The position numbers and the translations under genes were made by a program. The notes beneath the pieces were generated by a model, which made no database searches, was not told the origin of the DNA, and was given only the letters and a program-made list of their open reading frames with translations. DNA of 62,671 nucleotides, counting the filler, from Squatina squatina (taxonomy: Eukaryota), in NCBI GenBank assembly GCA_031763465.1. It is 4 parts of 4 records of this genome, joined end to end, with 100 filler letters (N's around TTAATTAATTAA, not from the genome) between each part and the next. Parts side by side here need not be neighbours in the genome. Positions count along the whole stretch, not along the records: positions 1 to 15,517 come from JARFOE010000168.1; positions 15,618 to 31,002 come from JARFOE010000013.1; 2 more parts are not named here. One strand, written 5' to 3'. This document shows, in pieces, positions 13,586-27,044 of this stretch; within the stretch, counting starts at the first letter, position 1, and each line of letters begins with the position of its first letter.

Positions 13586-15517
13586 ATTCACATTTTTAGG
13601 CTGCACCAGATGGTTTTCTTGAGTCCAGTGTCAAAAAATCATTCCTGTAGGTAAGCCCACACACCCAGTTAACTGATGTGACTTTATATGTAGCATTGCC
13701 CAAGGTCAATCGGAACACTCGTTATTGTAATTTGCTAATTTTACATGACAGCAACCGTCCCATTTATTTGGATAACAGCAAAATATTCCAGTGGTTCTAA
13801 AGCTGAGGTCCAACAGCAGAGGGGGAAGTGAAAACCCCTTGAAACATACAGTTGTGCAGCAAGTGGGCGATGGAGGATTGCACCTGAAACGGTGCCAGTA
13901 TTCCCAACAGGAGCCTAATCCCACTCCAGGAAGAGCAGGAGGTGTTGTGCAGTGAAGTATTCCACAGGTATGTTGCTGTAGGGTCACCTTTCAGCTGAAG
14001 GGAAGATCAAAGTTTTCACATTACCAATCACATCAATGTTCACTATATTGGACTGCCCTGGCAAAATTTCATGCAAGCTCCTTTAACAGGCCACTGATGA
14101 ATGCTACATTCAGAAATGTAAATGTGCAAGGAGTTTATAGTTATTATAAATTAGANNNNNNNNNNNNNNNNNNNNNNNNNNNNNNNNNNNNNNNNNNNNN
14201 NNNNNNNNNNNNNNNNNNNNNNNNNNNNNNNNNNNNNNNNNNNNNNNNNNNNNNNACATTAGAGGCAGTATACAACTGCAAATTGCTGTTAATCTGGTTT
14301 TAGTATGAATTGCAGTAGAAATTGATGCCAGGGTTAAAGAACCACAATGTACCCGCCATATTCTTGTGCCTACATATGGAATATGATTCTATTCGCTAGA
14401 TTTTCCATCCTGGGCTTCACTGAGCCAACATTATGAGAATTTACTGACAAATTCAGAGGGATCTTTGTGTTAAAAAGTTTATGTGAGACCATGCCTTTGT
14501 AATCTTAGCTGGTAGGTAGGGCATCCAACCAGTGTGACTGAACATGTGTGGAACAAAAATCATTCTCTATCGGTTCAAAGCTCGAGGCGGACAGTTTTCA
14601 GGGCAAGTGCAGCTGATGAAATGTTTGACTTTACACATGTTTGAGGGGTTGAAAGATGAATTAAAATAATCAGGTAAATGAAGTGTCTTTAATGACGAAG
14701 AGCTTATGAATTTGTGAAACTGAGAGTTATCATCACCCATTTACTTTAGTAGAAATCAACCTACAGAGCAGTAATTTCCCACCTCTCCCACTAAGAACGG
14801 AGCTTATGTTTGAGAGCAGATGGGTAGAAAAAAAGAAATCAAGTTATGTTTATTGAAGGACAAAAAAAGAAACACAAGGTAAATTCAAAACTGTTTCTTT
14901 TAATTGGGAGCAAGTGTGCAGGTAATAAATAAGTTACATTATACAAAAAAGCAGTGCCGTAGAAGCAGATGTTACAAATGTGATGCATGGAGATAAATGT
15001 AGTGTGTTACTAATTAACAATACCAGGAATACAAATGATTAACTGAAAGACCTGATCCACACGACTGTGGATTCTGAAGCTGGGTTTCAGCTGGCTGAAA
15101 GCAGGCTGGCTTGTTTGGGGAAAAGCTTTGAAAGTTGAGTTGTCCTCATGTAATTCCACTTAACAATTTGGCTGGTAAGACACCCAGTATCGACTCTCCC
15201 CAAAGCTGATTCTTTTCTCCCTCCTCCACCCCAGTAAGGAACCTTTTGGTCTAAGAGCATTCAAAAAATGGAGTAATGGCTCATCCTACAAGTTCTGTAC
15301 AATGAACAGCTTGTAGGTAAAGGGCTGCCTGTCTCATTGCATTATTCAGCTATCCTGGATTGATGGTGTTGGGAATTTTACCCAGCTATTTGTAACTGCA
15401 GGAAATCTCTGCTTATATAATATTGGATGTTAGATAAGCAGTGTAACAAACTAGAGACAGTGGAGGGATCGAGAGAGGTGGTGGTGAGGTAGAACTGGGC
15501 ATCGTCAATGTGCATGT

Positions 15518-15617
15518 NNNNNNNNNNNNNNNNNNNNNNNNNNNNNNNNNNNNNNNNNNNNTTAATTAATTAANNNNNNNNNNNNNNNNNNNNNNNNNNN
15601 NNNNNNNNNNNNNNNNN
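15518..15617. other. Artificial scaffold-concatenation spacer
   Basis: 44 N + TTAATTAATTAA (stop in all six frames) + 44 N. Confidence 0.95.
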
Positions 15618-16184
15618 AACTGTCAAGTCAATTCTTGACCTCGCACCTGCCGGGTGTCGGCGCATGCACTTCGCAGGTATACCCCTGGCAGTTGCGAGGC
15701 CTCCCTGGAGGTCACAAATTCAACCCTATTATCTATTTTGTAGTTTGAAAAAAAATCTGTCAAACCGGGCGACATTTCAGGATGGAAGTGGAAGGAAATG
15801 GAAGAAAATCCTAAGTGTGACAATTCTACAGAACTTCTGTAAAAAAAAAAATTATTTTGAAAAGTTTAATTCTGTAGTTTTAATAATTAAGTATCTAGAA
15901 AATCTGTTAATTTTGGTAAACTGAAACACCTGTCTAATTTTTTAACAATTAGATTCATCATTATCTTGATGGAGAAACTCATGAGTTGTTTCAAAGAAAG
16001 CTTCGAGATCGAACTCTGATGGAAATGCCAAACTTCAGTTGGTGTGCACATGTAAGAATGTTTTGTGGTTGTTCCATTTCAGTATGGAAAGGTTTTTCTA
16101 TAACAAGACACCCAATAGCGATTTTATTTTTGTAATTGTTTGCACTTTTCAGTATTGGATTTTTACATTTTCCTATATTCCAAA

Positions 16185-16355
16185 AAGCTGCTGAGACTAG
16201 GTCAGTTAAAAATTTCAACGCTGAGATTGATAGATTTTTGTTAGGCAAAGATATTAAGGGTTATGGAACCAAGGCAGATGGATGGCGTTAAGATATAGAT
16301 CAGCCATAATCTAACTGAGTCGCGGAACAGGCTCGAGGGGCTGAATGACCTCCTG
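16185..16355 (+). mobile_element. CR1-type LINE 3' tail
   Basis: gctgagattgatagatttttg...gaacaggctcgaggggctgaatg; recurs at ~47885-47950 and, reversed, at ~62200-62370. Confidence 0.65.
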
Positions 16356-17344
16356 TTGCTATGTTCTTTCCTGTGCACAGGCCATTCAAGGTGCTTGAAA
16401 ATCGATGTTCCCTCTCAAGACCTGCAGTGCAGCTGGCTTGCCGGCTTTCCAGTGCGGAAAACCGCATATGTGCAGTATTTTGAATGGGTCGCGCAGCCCC
16501 TTAAAGGGACTTTGCACGCAAAAAAAAATAAGAGGGAACATTTTCGAGAATAAACCTAAATGCGCATCTTAATCTGTGTCTTCCCCATCAATGCTGCCTT
16601 TAAATTTGCATTGAACAGAACCAAGGAAGAAAAATCAGGAGCACCCATCCATTTTACTTGATCGCTGTTATACACGAATCACAAAGATTCTTTAATTGTT
16701 TTTGAGCAATGTATCCATTAATCTTGCTTTAACAGAGTCACTCTCTTAATGTTTATATTGGGATAGGACTGGTCAATTAAACCCATCCTCCAGCATTAGA
16801 TTTAAATTTATTGCTATTCAGATCATGTTGAATCTTTTTAAAAAATGCATTGTGACATTAGATTTCTATCTTAGAAAATAGCGTTGCCTTCAGCCATGCA
16901 TCAGCGAGACAACTTCAGTGAACTCCAAGCTCCAGTCAATCATCCACATCGAGTCTGTCTTGTCTCTTCCATAAGGGAAATTTCAGATGAATTAGTACAT
17001 TCCCTCTTTTCATATTTAAAAACTGTCCAATTTTCAGGACCAAGGATGTCATGTCAGGCCCAGATCTTACTTGACTACCACATGGAAAAAGATTACTATA
17101 CTGACTGACTTGTAAGGATGTGTACAATTTGATGTGTCACTCCTTACTCTCAATGAAGGAATGGCCGGTATCACTCTAGATATTTGGGTCCTGGAAGTTA
17201 TGAAGATGGGTTGTCCCATCATTTCAATAGGTTCTAATTCAAAAAGGCATTCTGTAGAAGTCCTGTACCCATGAATCTCCACTGCACATTGTATTATTAA
17301 AAGACATAGGTACAGCTCCCTTGATTGTAGAGCTAATAAAGGTA

Positions 17345-17632
17345 CTACATAGGATTACATAGGATATACAGCACTGAACCAGGCCATTCAGCCCAACCAG
17401 TCCATGCAGGTGTTTATGCTCCATTCAAGCCTCCTCCCGTCTTTCCTCATCTAATTCTATCAGCATAACCCTCTATTCCCTTTTCCCTCATATGCTTATC
17501 TAGCCTCTCCTTAAATGCATCTATACTATTCGCTTCAACCACTCCCTGTGGTAGCAACATTCTCACCGCTCTCTGGGTAAAGAAGTTTCTTCTGAATTCC
17601 CTATTGGATTTCTTGGTGACTATCTTATATTG
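17345..17632 (-). mobile_element. CR1-type LINE 3' end
   Basis: REFRRNFFTQRAVRM..PQGVVEANSIDAFKERLDKHM is a typical CR1 ORF2 C-terminus. Confidence 0.8.
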
Positions 17633-18223
17633 ANNNNNNNNNNNNNNNNNNNNNNNNNNNNNNNNNNNNNNNNNNNNNNNNNNNNNNNNNNNNNNNNNNN
17701 NNNNNNNNNNNNNNNNNNNNNNNNNNNNNNNNNCTGCTTTTGGAAACTGCACTTTGCTGTGATTATTAACAAAGAAACTATAGCACCAACAAGTTAGGTA
17801 TATGAAAATGCAAGGTAATGTCTAGATTTACCACATCGGGAAAGGCTGGACTTGATTTTTAAGAAAACGTCAAAAAAATAAATTTGATGACTCTCACTTA
17901 TTCTCAAAGGAACAAAGTGAGAGCCAGTTGACCTCAAACTAGCCACATAATTAAATACATCCATCATATATGACAATAGCTGTGTGGGCAGATATTTGTT
18001 TTTCTACACAATATACACTGAGTAGGTGAAGGAATTGGGCCTAACTGGACAGCAAAGATTTGGATTAGGCTACAGAATATTCAAAAGGTATTATCAATTG
18101 TGCATACAGTGAGCATTGTAGTGGCGGCAGTGAGCAGATCAGACGGTTTGGGTTTGATCATCAGAGTGGAGGTAATGGCCCCCATATAAATCTGAAAGTG
18201 GCTTGTGAGTGATTGGTAGGGGA

Positions 18224-19238
18224 GGGGGTGGAATTGCGTGGGCGATACCCAGAAGTCAACTCAGCGGTTCTGAACTGAATTGTACCAATTCATTTTGACT
18301 TCCGGGTTTTGCGTCTACAAGCGGCGTGATGCGCACCTGCATGACGTGATCTCAGCTGTATGTAAAGGGACAATGTACAGATAGAAATTGAGGTGTTTAC
18401 GGTGGATGGTGGGCATAGAATAAGGGCAGCAACCAGATTCTATGATGCATCAGTGGAATTACTGCTGGGTGTAGTTAGGAACAGGAGGGACATACCTTTT
18501 CCCAGCAATGGAATGAAGAAACTTACGGCTCTCACCAAGAAGGTGTGGCTGGATGTAGCTCAGGAGGTGAACAGCAGGAGCATTGTGCCCAGCTCATGGA
18601 TGTAATGTATGAAACAGATTAAACAGGTCAGGAAAAGTGAATACCTTTTCTGATTCAACTACATCCTGTGGTTCAAGCACCTACCCCTTTCACTGTCTTG
18701 CCAAGCATACTCCATCACATCACTCCTCCAATCCACCCAATTCAGCAGCACCCAGCAGTCAGTTTCTATATACTTCATCACCTCCCCATTTATCCACCCA
18801 CCATTGCCATTCAGTCCAATCCCGATGCAATGTGATGCATCTGTCTCATAGTCACCCTTACCGAATGCACTGCATCCATCGGGTGAATATCTTCACTCAC
18901 TCAGGCCTGTTTTCTAACCCCTTGTAGGAAAAGAGAATGCAAAACACAAGGGAGAGGGAGAGGACTGGAAATGGGCCACTACAAATAGTCCAGATAACAG
19001 ATGCTGAGAAGGAAAACTTGGAGAAAAGTGACACATCTGTGTCCCTCTTAGTCGGAAATGGAGAGACAGGGAACTTGCAGATAGCTGGTGAATGAATTAC
19101 AAATATTTCTGACACACAAATGCTGACTTTATTTCATCAATGATGAACCATGAAAAGATTCAGATGGTGATTATCAAGGTTGAGACTTTGCCATGACTAA
19201 ATCATTTCTCTTTCTTTTGTCTTCCAGTGCTTTCACCC
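18224..19238 (+). mobile_element. PIF/Harbinger-like element with spliced Myb/SANT-like gene (pseudogenised)
   Basis: Starts GGGGGTGGAATTG; encodes RAATRFYDASVELLLGVVRNRRDIPFP...KKVWLDVAQEVNSRSIVPSSWM*C, then an intron-like tract ending ccttgtag|EKRMQNTRERERTGNGP. Confidence 0.75.
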
Positions 19239-20904
19239 NNNNNNNNNNNNNNNNNNNNNNNNNNNNNNNNNNNNNNNNNNNNNNNNNNNNNNNNNNNNNN
19301 NNNNNNNNNNNNNNNNNNNNNNNNNNNNNNNNNNNNNNTCCCTTTGCTCCTCCATAGCTCCTAGTCTCTCCAAAACAGATAACCTCATACCTCATCACAT
19401 GAACTCCAACTGCCATTGTTTGCCCACCCACATAGACTACCCGTGCTACAACTCAGTGACCAGAGCAGCAATTCTCCCAACATTTTTAAGTTGTGATTGA
19501 GCAAAAAAGCAGTTTAAATAAACTGATCAAGCCTTCTGCCAATTAATATCTTAACTGTGAAGGGAATGGATAAGCTGCACTGTTCCATTCACCATAATTG
19601 CCAAAAAAAGGTTTATATCTTTATTCTTTGCTGAAGGTGTTGATGGTTACATAGATGTTGGGTGCCCTCCAGTGCTTTGTACAAATGGACATTATACTCG
19701 AGTTAGCAGTGATCACGAGCAGGTTATTTGATTCAAAGGCCATTTACTCCGAAGGCGGTAAATAACACACTGCCCAACTATATTCTGGCTAAAAGTAATA
19801 GTTTTATTTACAGTTGATTATACAGAAGCATGAACTGCACAAGTTATTGATGGTATAAATAATTAAAAAGAATAAAGATTACAAGGAGTTAAAATAATGT
19901 CTTCAGAGCTTATTTCTTATAAAGTCTGCAAGACATTTTGAGGGAATGGACCGTCATAGACTTATCAATATGGTATTGTATATGGGTGACAGTATTCCTC
20001 AGATGGTTACTTGCACAGTCTGTTAAGCTGTACCATCACTGATAAGTTGTCACGCATATCCTCTGATGGATACTTATATTGAAATCACCTAAACATGTTT
20101 AAAAGGACCTGAACCCGTGCAAAGAATATTTAATAATTTGGCAAAAATACCAGAGGAAATCCCAAGAAATGCAATTACTGTGTCCTTCACATGGCAGCTC
20201 GGATTATTATCTGTGTGAAGACGCTACACAAATAAAGGGCAAATATACAAAAATAACTGCAGTTCAGCTAAAGCCTGTTTATATTGAACATTCCTTGGAT
20301 TGTAAAACCGTGACAACTGGAAGGAAACTCCCAAAGTTGTCCTTTGCCTCATTTATTTGAAACACATGTAAGGATTAGATCTGTGAAAACAATCGACTTT
20401 GACCCTAATTCCAGCACATCAACTACAGAGCAGACACACACTTCTCGCAACGTTGCCTGAAAGAGGATTGCACTGGATCATTTGACCGACTCATAAATTC
20501 TTATTACTTTTAATGGCACTTATGTTATGACTTGACTGAATTAATGGAGGCTTGTTTTAAATGGGGAATAAAACAATGGTTGGAATTTAGTGTCAATTTC
20601 CCATTGTGCATCATATAAAATTTGTATGAAATAAAATGTTAGGGCAGCCAATTCATCCTTCTTTTTGGTCATTAAACTAGCACTAAATCGGAGTAAACGG
20701 ACTAATGCCGATTTTGGACACTAAAATTANNNNNNNNNNAAGAATCAAGATCAAGCTGAGGATAATATTGGAGGATGGATCCTGATTTCAGAGCTGTTTG
20801 AAAACTGACAAGTCACTCTGCTCTCTGGGCCAGCAGATTATCCACAATGACCTCATCACCAGTCACGTTTACAATAAGCACAGCCCCAACTTGAAACCAA
20901 CTGA

Positions 20905-21215
20905 AAATAAAGACTTACATTTAAATAGCGCCCTTCATGACCTCAAGACATCCCAAGGCGCTTTACAACCAATACAGTACAATGAAGTGTAGTCACTGTT
21001 GCAATGTAAGGAACACAGCAGCCAATTTGCATACAGCAAGGGTTCCACAAATAGCAATGAGATAATGGCCAGCTAATTTTTTAGTGATGTTGATTGAGGG
21101 GTAAACATTGACCAGGGAGAACTCCCCTAATCTTAAAATAGCACGGTGGGATCTTTTACGCCCACCTGAGAGAGAAGATGGGGCCTTGGTTTAAAGTCTC
21201 ATCTGAAAGACGGCA
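20905..21215 (-). mobile_element. Deu-domain-type SINE, reverse orientation
   Basis: Reverse-complement similarity to 28860-29200 (gtagtcactgttgcaatg, cagccaatttgc, gggatcttttac); a second partial copy follows to ~21380. Confidence 0.65.
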
Positions 21216-21889
21216 CTGAGAAGTGCCACAAACAGCACATGAGCCGAATGATCAGCGGACTTGTTTTTCTTGATGGTGTAGGTTGTGGGATGAATGTTTC
21301 CCAAGGGGACTGACCGGGAGAAAACCCTGCTTTTTTTAAATAAGGCACTGCGATCTTTTACATCCACCTGACCACATGCAAGGGAGTTCCATTCAGGGGT
21401 ACAATATTTCACCAGAAAATACAAGTAAAAATATATTTCTGGGTCATATATCCTCTGGCTCGAGTGTCTTTTAGTCCAAAACCTGCAGCCACAAGGCCTT
21501 CCAGCTCCATTTTGCTGGCACTATATAAAGAAAAGATTTGTCTTTTAACTGGTTTTGCACCTGCACCTTTTCAGAAACTCTGTTCTAAGGGGGCTAGAGA
21601 CAAGCAGTAAGGCTCAGTAACTGAGACAGCTCCTATATTTGGGCCTCTGCCAACCTGAGACCCATGAAAATGAGGCAGTGATGTGGTGATGTAACACCTG
21701 CCCCATTACCATTTTATAACAACGATTTTGCCTGTTGTAGGTTGCTCCTCAGGGAAACACACAGAGTTTTCATGGTGTAAGAAGGGAGGAAGGGGGAAGA
21801 TGCCCCAGGACATTAAGGCCCTGATATTAAGGCAAAGGCAGATTCTGAGCGGCGGCGGTGGCCCCCTGCTAAGTTTTCTTCCCAGGTTT

Positions 21890-22725
21890 CGCACACGCAA
21901 TTCCCCTCTATGTCCTGTGGTGTACAGTGCCACTCCCCCACCCTCATCACTCTGTTTGCCAAACGTACTCCATCACATCATTCCTCACACCCACTAAAGT
22001 TTTAACAGCACCCATCCTTCACTTTCTATACACTTCCTCACCTCCCCATTTATCCATCCACTGCTGCCACTCACCCCAATCCTTATGCAATGTGATGCAT
22101 CTGTCTGATCGTCACCCTCACTGAATGCACTGCATCCATCAGGTAAACCTTCACTCACTCACAGGTCTGTTCTTTTGCTCCTTGTAGGAGAAGATAGTGC
22201 AAAACTCAAGGAGAGGAAGAGGACTGGAGACGGACAGCCACAAATAGCCCAACTCACTGATGCAGGGGAGGATGCCATGGAGTTAAGTGGCACATTGTGT
22301 CCCTGCCAATAGGAGATGCAGATGCCTGATGACAGAATTAAAATATTTCTGAATCAAATGCTGACTTTATTTCAATGACTGAACTATGAGGAACCTGAGA
22401 ATGGTGATTGTCAAGATTGTTACTTTAACCGGACTAATTCATATCCTTTTCTTTTCTCTTCCAGGGCCTTCAGGCATAGAGCAAGTCTGTGTATATGCAT
22501 GACAACAATTCCTCAGAGGACCTCATTCCTTGTGAGGGTGCACCGTTACAGGACGTACAGCTGTGCACTGGTGCAAATACTCACCCTTCGGTGGGTCCAG
22601 TTAGACAGTTAGTTGGGTTTTCACCTGGTGATTCACATCTCACAAGCACGAGCAGACACTGGTGGCAGGGACAGGTGTAGAGAGTTTGCGTCGGGGAGTG
22701 GTGAGGGGGGGTGTGCGCAATCATC
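21890..22725 (+). mobile_element. PIF/Harbinger-like Myb element, internal fragment
   Basis: Clearly homologous to 18660-19238 (cacctccccatttatcca, gcaatgtgatgcatctgtct, ccttgtagga, aaatgctgactttatttca). Confidence 0.75.
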
Positions 22726-23043
22726 NNNNNNNNNNNNNNNNNNNNNNNNNNNNNNNNNNNNNNNNNNNNNNNNNNNNNNNNNNNNNNNNNNNNNNNNNNN
22801 NNNNNNNNNNNNNNNNNNNNNNNNNAAGATCATGGGTGAGGCTTAATTTTGCTTTGAAATCGCGTCTCGCGATAAATTCGCACGAGTTGGCATGTCTGCA
22901 TCAGATACTGAACTTGACCTGACCACTTCACCATTTTCACTTATTGGGTTCAGAGATATTCCCAGCACATTTGCAAATAAAACACTGGAAACCTATTTAA
23001 CTGGAGTAAATATAATAAACTGTATTAAGAAATACATTTTTCA

Positions 23044-23159
23044 TCACTCCTGGTCGTCCCTCTGATAAGAAATTATCTGCACCACTTGTGCTATTCTCTC
23101 TGCAATGGCTCTGCTGCTTGCGGCAATCACTCTGCGTGACATCAGATCAAATGGTCCTC
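23044..23159 (-). CDS. IMPA1: Inositol monophosphatase 1, terminal coding exon
   Basis: ctttag|GA GGA CCA...GAG TGA; encodes GPFDLMSRRVIAASSRAIAERIAQVVQIISYQRDDQE*. Confidence 0.93.
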
Positions 23160-24419
23160 CTAAAGGTGAGAAAATAAAATGTCAATGACAAAAGGAGGGA
23201 TATCAGAGTGTTCTTATAATTAATTGTACTTTAACTTTAAAGGTTATTTTGTGTCGACCTTTAAAGACATACAAACATTATGAATGGAAATAAAATGTTG
23301 ACATTAACCTTAACTTAGTTCTACAGAACTCTGTTGCTCCCTATTCTATCCCACACCAAGTCATGCTCACCCATTCCTCCTGTCCTCGCTGACCTACGAT
23401 AGTTCCAGGTCTCCCAATGCCTCAGGTTTAAAATTCTCATGTTTAAATCCCTTCATGGATTTACCCCCACCTTTCTCTCTAACCTCTTCTAGTTCTACAC
23501 TTCCCCTTCCCTCTCCTGAACTTTCCATTCCTGGCTCTGACCCCTTGTGCAGCCCCCTTCATTCCTTTGCCCCACAATTGGCGGCCATGATATCAGCTGT
23601 CTAGGCCCCATCCTCTGCAATTCCCTTAATGTGGGATTGAGAGAGGTAGAGGAGAGATAGAGCTGGGTGTCATCAGCATGGAAGTTTGTGATGTCAAGGA
23701 GCGANNNNNNNNNNNNNNNNNNNNNNNNNNNNNNNNNNNNNNNNNNNNNNNNNNNNNNNNNNNNNNNNNNNNNNNNNNNNNNNNNNNNNNNNNNNNNNNN
23801 NNNNCCCCAAACATGTCAGGTACCATTGCACCTCCTTCCACCAATTTTCTGCCAGTGCTAATTTACAACTGGTCATTGGGTGGTGTATCCAAGTTGGCTG
23901 GGCTGTGGAGATTGAAGATTTTCAAATGAAAACATCTTTTTGAATCTGCAAAAAGCCACATGAAGAAGCACCTCAGCTGACTACAAAGACAGACTGTTAT
24001 GTATCTGTTGCCTTTAATGCAACCTAGTCGAAAGAGCCCAAAACAAATCTAATTCAAAATGAGCATTCCAATTCTAATGAGCACTTTTTTAAACAACAAA
24101 TTGATTGTTGGAAGTACACTTATTTATAAGTTAATTTAAATTATGAAGGCTCATACTTTAACTAGATAGTAAAATCTGCTGTATGAGCATAATTTTTGAA
24201 TTTGCTGAAGATCACTGATCATAAACTAACTTCTTTGCACTCTCTCTTCACCATCTAACTCAACATCACGTGGACATTTGTATCTCCAGTTTCATTTCTG
24301 AAGCTTCCAAAACGAGGGAGCCTCGAACTCTCTCTTCATAAATACTTACCAAAGCCCAAAGATGTCCTGCTAATTTACCATCCTCGTGACCACAAAGCAG
24401 GTGAAAAGTATTAACTCAC

Positions 24420-24528
24420 CTTCTTGTCCAGATACTTTCAATCGTTGCCCATTGCAAAATGCACCTTGCCCTCTTCGAGCTGTGTACATCCTGTCCTCCA
24501 CACAGCTATATACAACACCAATTTCAAT
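24420..24528 (-). CDS. IMPA1: Inositol monophosphatase 1 internal exon (109 bp)
   Basis: cacttag|ATT...GAA G|gtgagt; encodes IEIGVVYSCVEDRMYTARRGQGAFCNGQRLKVSGQE. Confidence 0.94.
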
Positions 24529-24969
24529 CTAAGTGCAATATATAGAAAATGAGATACTCAATACACTAGGAAATATATTAACTTAACCTGTTACAAATGC
24601 CCGTGTTCAACTGCAGAAACAAATATGGAGATACAATTCAACGACAACAACTTGCATTTATATATTGGCTTTAATGTAGTAAAATATCTCAAGGCACTTC
24701 ACAGGAGTGTAAGCAGGTAAAAACTGACATCGAGCCAAAGAAGGAGACATTAGGGCTGGTGGCGAAATGCTTGGTCAAAGAGGTAAGTTTTAGGCAGCCT
24801 CTTAAAAAGGTGGAGAGAGTTGGGTAGGCGAAGAGGTATGGGGAGGGAATTCTGGAGTTTAGGGCCTAGATGGGTGAAGGTACGGCCGCCAATGGTGGCA
24901 CAAAGTAATTGGAAGATACATAAGAGAATAGAGTTGGAGGAATGCAGAGTTCACAGAGGGTTTTTTTAA

Positions 24970-26015
24970 ACATAGGATTGCAAGGGATATTCGACACAGA
25001 AACAGACCATTCGGTCCAACAAGTCCATTTATGCTCCACTTCAGCCTCCTCCCATCTTTCCTCATCTAACTCTTATCAGCATAACCCTCTGTTCCCTTCT
25101 CCCTCATATGATTATCTAGCTTCCCCTTAAATGCAACTAAACCATTTGCCTCAACTACTCTCTCTGGTAGTGAGTTCCACATTCTCACCACTCTCTGGGT
25201 AAAGAAGTTTCTCTGAATTCCCCATTTGATTTCTTGGTGACTATCTTATATTGATGGCCTCTAATTATGCTCTTCCCCACAAGTGGAAACACTCTCTGTA
25301 TCCACTCTATCAAAACCTTTCATCATTTTAAAGACCTCTATTCGGTCAGCCTTCTTTTTTCAAGCAAAAAGAGACCCAGCCTGTTGATCCTTTCCTGATA
25401 GGCATACCATCACATTTCTGGTATCATCCTTGCAAATCTTCTCTGCACCCTCTCCAGTGCCTCTATATCCTTTTTATAATATGACGACCAGAATTGTACG
25501 CAGTACTTCAAGTGTGGTCTCACCAAGGGTCGATACAAGTTTAGCATAGATTCACTACTTTTCAATTCTAACCCTCTAGAAATAAACCCNNNNNNNNNNN
25601 NNNNNNNNNNNNNNNNNNNNNNNNNNNNNNNNNNNNNNNNNNNNNNNNNNNNNNNNNNNNNNNNNNNNNNNNNNNNNNNNNNNNNNNNNTCAACGATCTT
25701 TTGAAAATCTAGATAAATTACATCTACTGCATTACCATTGTCTACTCTCCCTGTTACCTCTTCAAAGAATTCAATGAGGTTGGTCAAGCAAGATTTTCCT
25801 TTTTAAAATCCATGCTGCCTATTCATTATTGTATTTTTGGCTTCTAGATGTTCTTCTACTTTCTCCTTTAGTAGGGATTCCATTATTTTTCCCACCATCG
25901 ATATTAAGCTGACTAGTCTATAATTCCCTGGACATGTTCTATCTCCCCTCTTAAATATAGGTGGTATGTTAACTATCTGTCAAGCCCTCTGGCATTATAC
26001 CATTTCCTAATGAAT
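24970..26015 (-). mobile_element. CR1-type LINE RT fragments inside an IMPA1 intron (gap 25590-25689)
   Basis: TNLIEFFEEVT..VD.GNAVDVIYLDFQK and LYRPLVRPHLKYCVQFWS..YKKDIEALERVQRR motifs. Confidence 0.9.
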
Positions 26016-26353
26016 TATTAAAAAAGGTTGCAGGACTAGAGGTATTTGGAGGTTACGGAGATAGTATAGGGCGAGGCCATTAAGGGATTTGAACACAAGG
26101 ATTAAGATTTTAAATTTTAGTTATTAATGGACCGGGAGCCAATGTAGGTCAGTGGCAGATAAGTCCTAAGAGGAGTATAATTGAATGTCAGTTCAATAAC
26201 CTTAAGACTAAGATATAAGTACTGCCCAGTAGCACATATTTTACACCATTCTCATTGTTTACAATTTACACATTGCTTCCTAATGTTGTTATCTAATAAT
26301 AGATATGATATTCAGAACAAAATATTAAATTCTGTACAAAATACTTGCATTAC

Positions 26354-26399
26354 CTGTTTATTCACAGAAAAGCCAATAGAGACTGCTACAAAGGGAAAT
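26354..26399 (-). CDS. IMPA1: Inositol monophosphatase 1 short exon (46 bp)
   Basis: ttttatag|A TTT...CAG|gtaatg; encodes FPFVAVSIGFSVNKQ; in phase with both neighbours. Confidence 0.92.
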
Positions 26400-26631
26400 C
26401 TATAAAACAAAATTGCTCAAGTTGAATGAACAATATCCACTTCTGTTACTTTCTTAGCAAACTTCTTGAAGATTCTTTTAAATATTTAGTTTTAAAGCTT
26501 TGTTATGTTAGTTAGAAATACAGAACCATATTCAGATAACACTCCATAAGCTTCAATTTAACAGACTGACACAGCTGATGCAGTATACATTTATCCATAA
26601 ACATGAAGTCTTTCCCAGCGAAAAAGCATAC

Positions 26632-26736
26632 CTGTGGACAAAATTAGTGGTCCCATCAATGGGATCAATTATCCACGTGGGATTGTCTGTTAATACACTT
26701 GCTGCTCCATCTGCAACTGACTCTTCACCAATAAAA
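26632..26736 (-). CDS. IMPA1: Inositol monophosphatase 1 exon with the metal-binding signature (105 bp)
   Basis: tttcag|T TTT...CAC AG|gtatgc; encodes [34 protein letters not shown] (DPIDGT motif). Confidence 0.96.
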
Positions 26737-27044
26737 CTGAAATAAATAAAAGTTAGTGAGACATTAAAGTTCTTAAGTTAACCATTTTGTTGTTTCTGGA
26801 AAACGAAGCCATCGCCTCTTTTGTCATTTAATCTTTCCTGCCTTCCACCCTATCACAGACCTTCTCTTTTGTTATTTCCTGCCCTTCCCCCCCACCCCCT
26901 GTGCCTACCTCTGTAAACATAGAAACATAGAAAATAGGAGCNNNNNNNNNNNNNNNNNNNNNNNNNNNNNNNNNNNNNNNNNNNNNNNNNNNNNNNNNNN
27001 NNNNNNNNNNNNNNNNNNNNNNNNNNNNNNNNNNNNNNNNNCCA

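Noticed and set aside
15562-15573. Palindromic TTAATTAATTAA recurring about every 15.5 kb, as a biological motif
   Set aside because: Always centred in 44N+44N; it is a pipeline spacer.
16936-17060. GPENW peptide on the minus strand, suggesting a carbonic anhydrase N-terminus
   Set aside because: No following QSPI motif or sensible splice sites; chance match.
23159-24420. IMPA1 exon loss or pseudogene
   Set aside because: Gap at 23705-23804; all visible exons have intact frames and splice sites.
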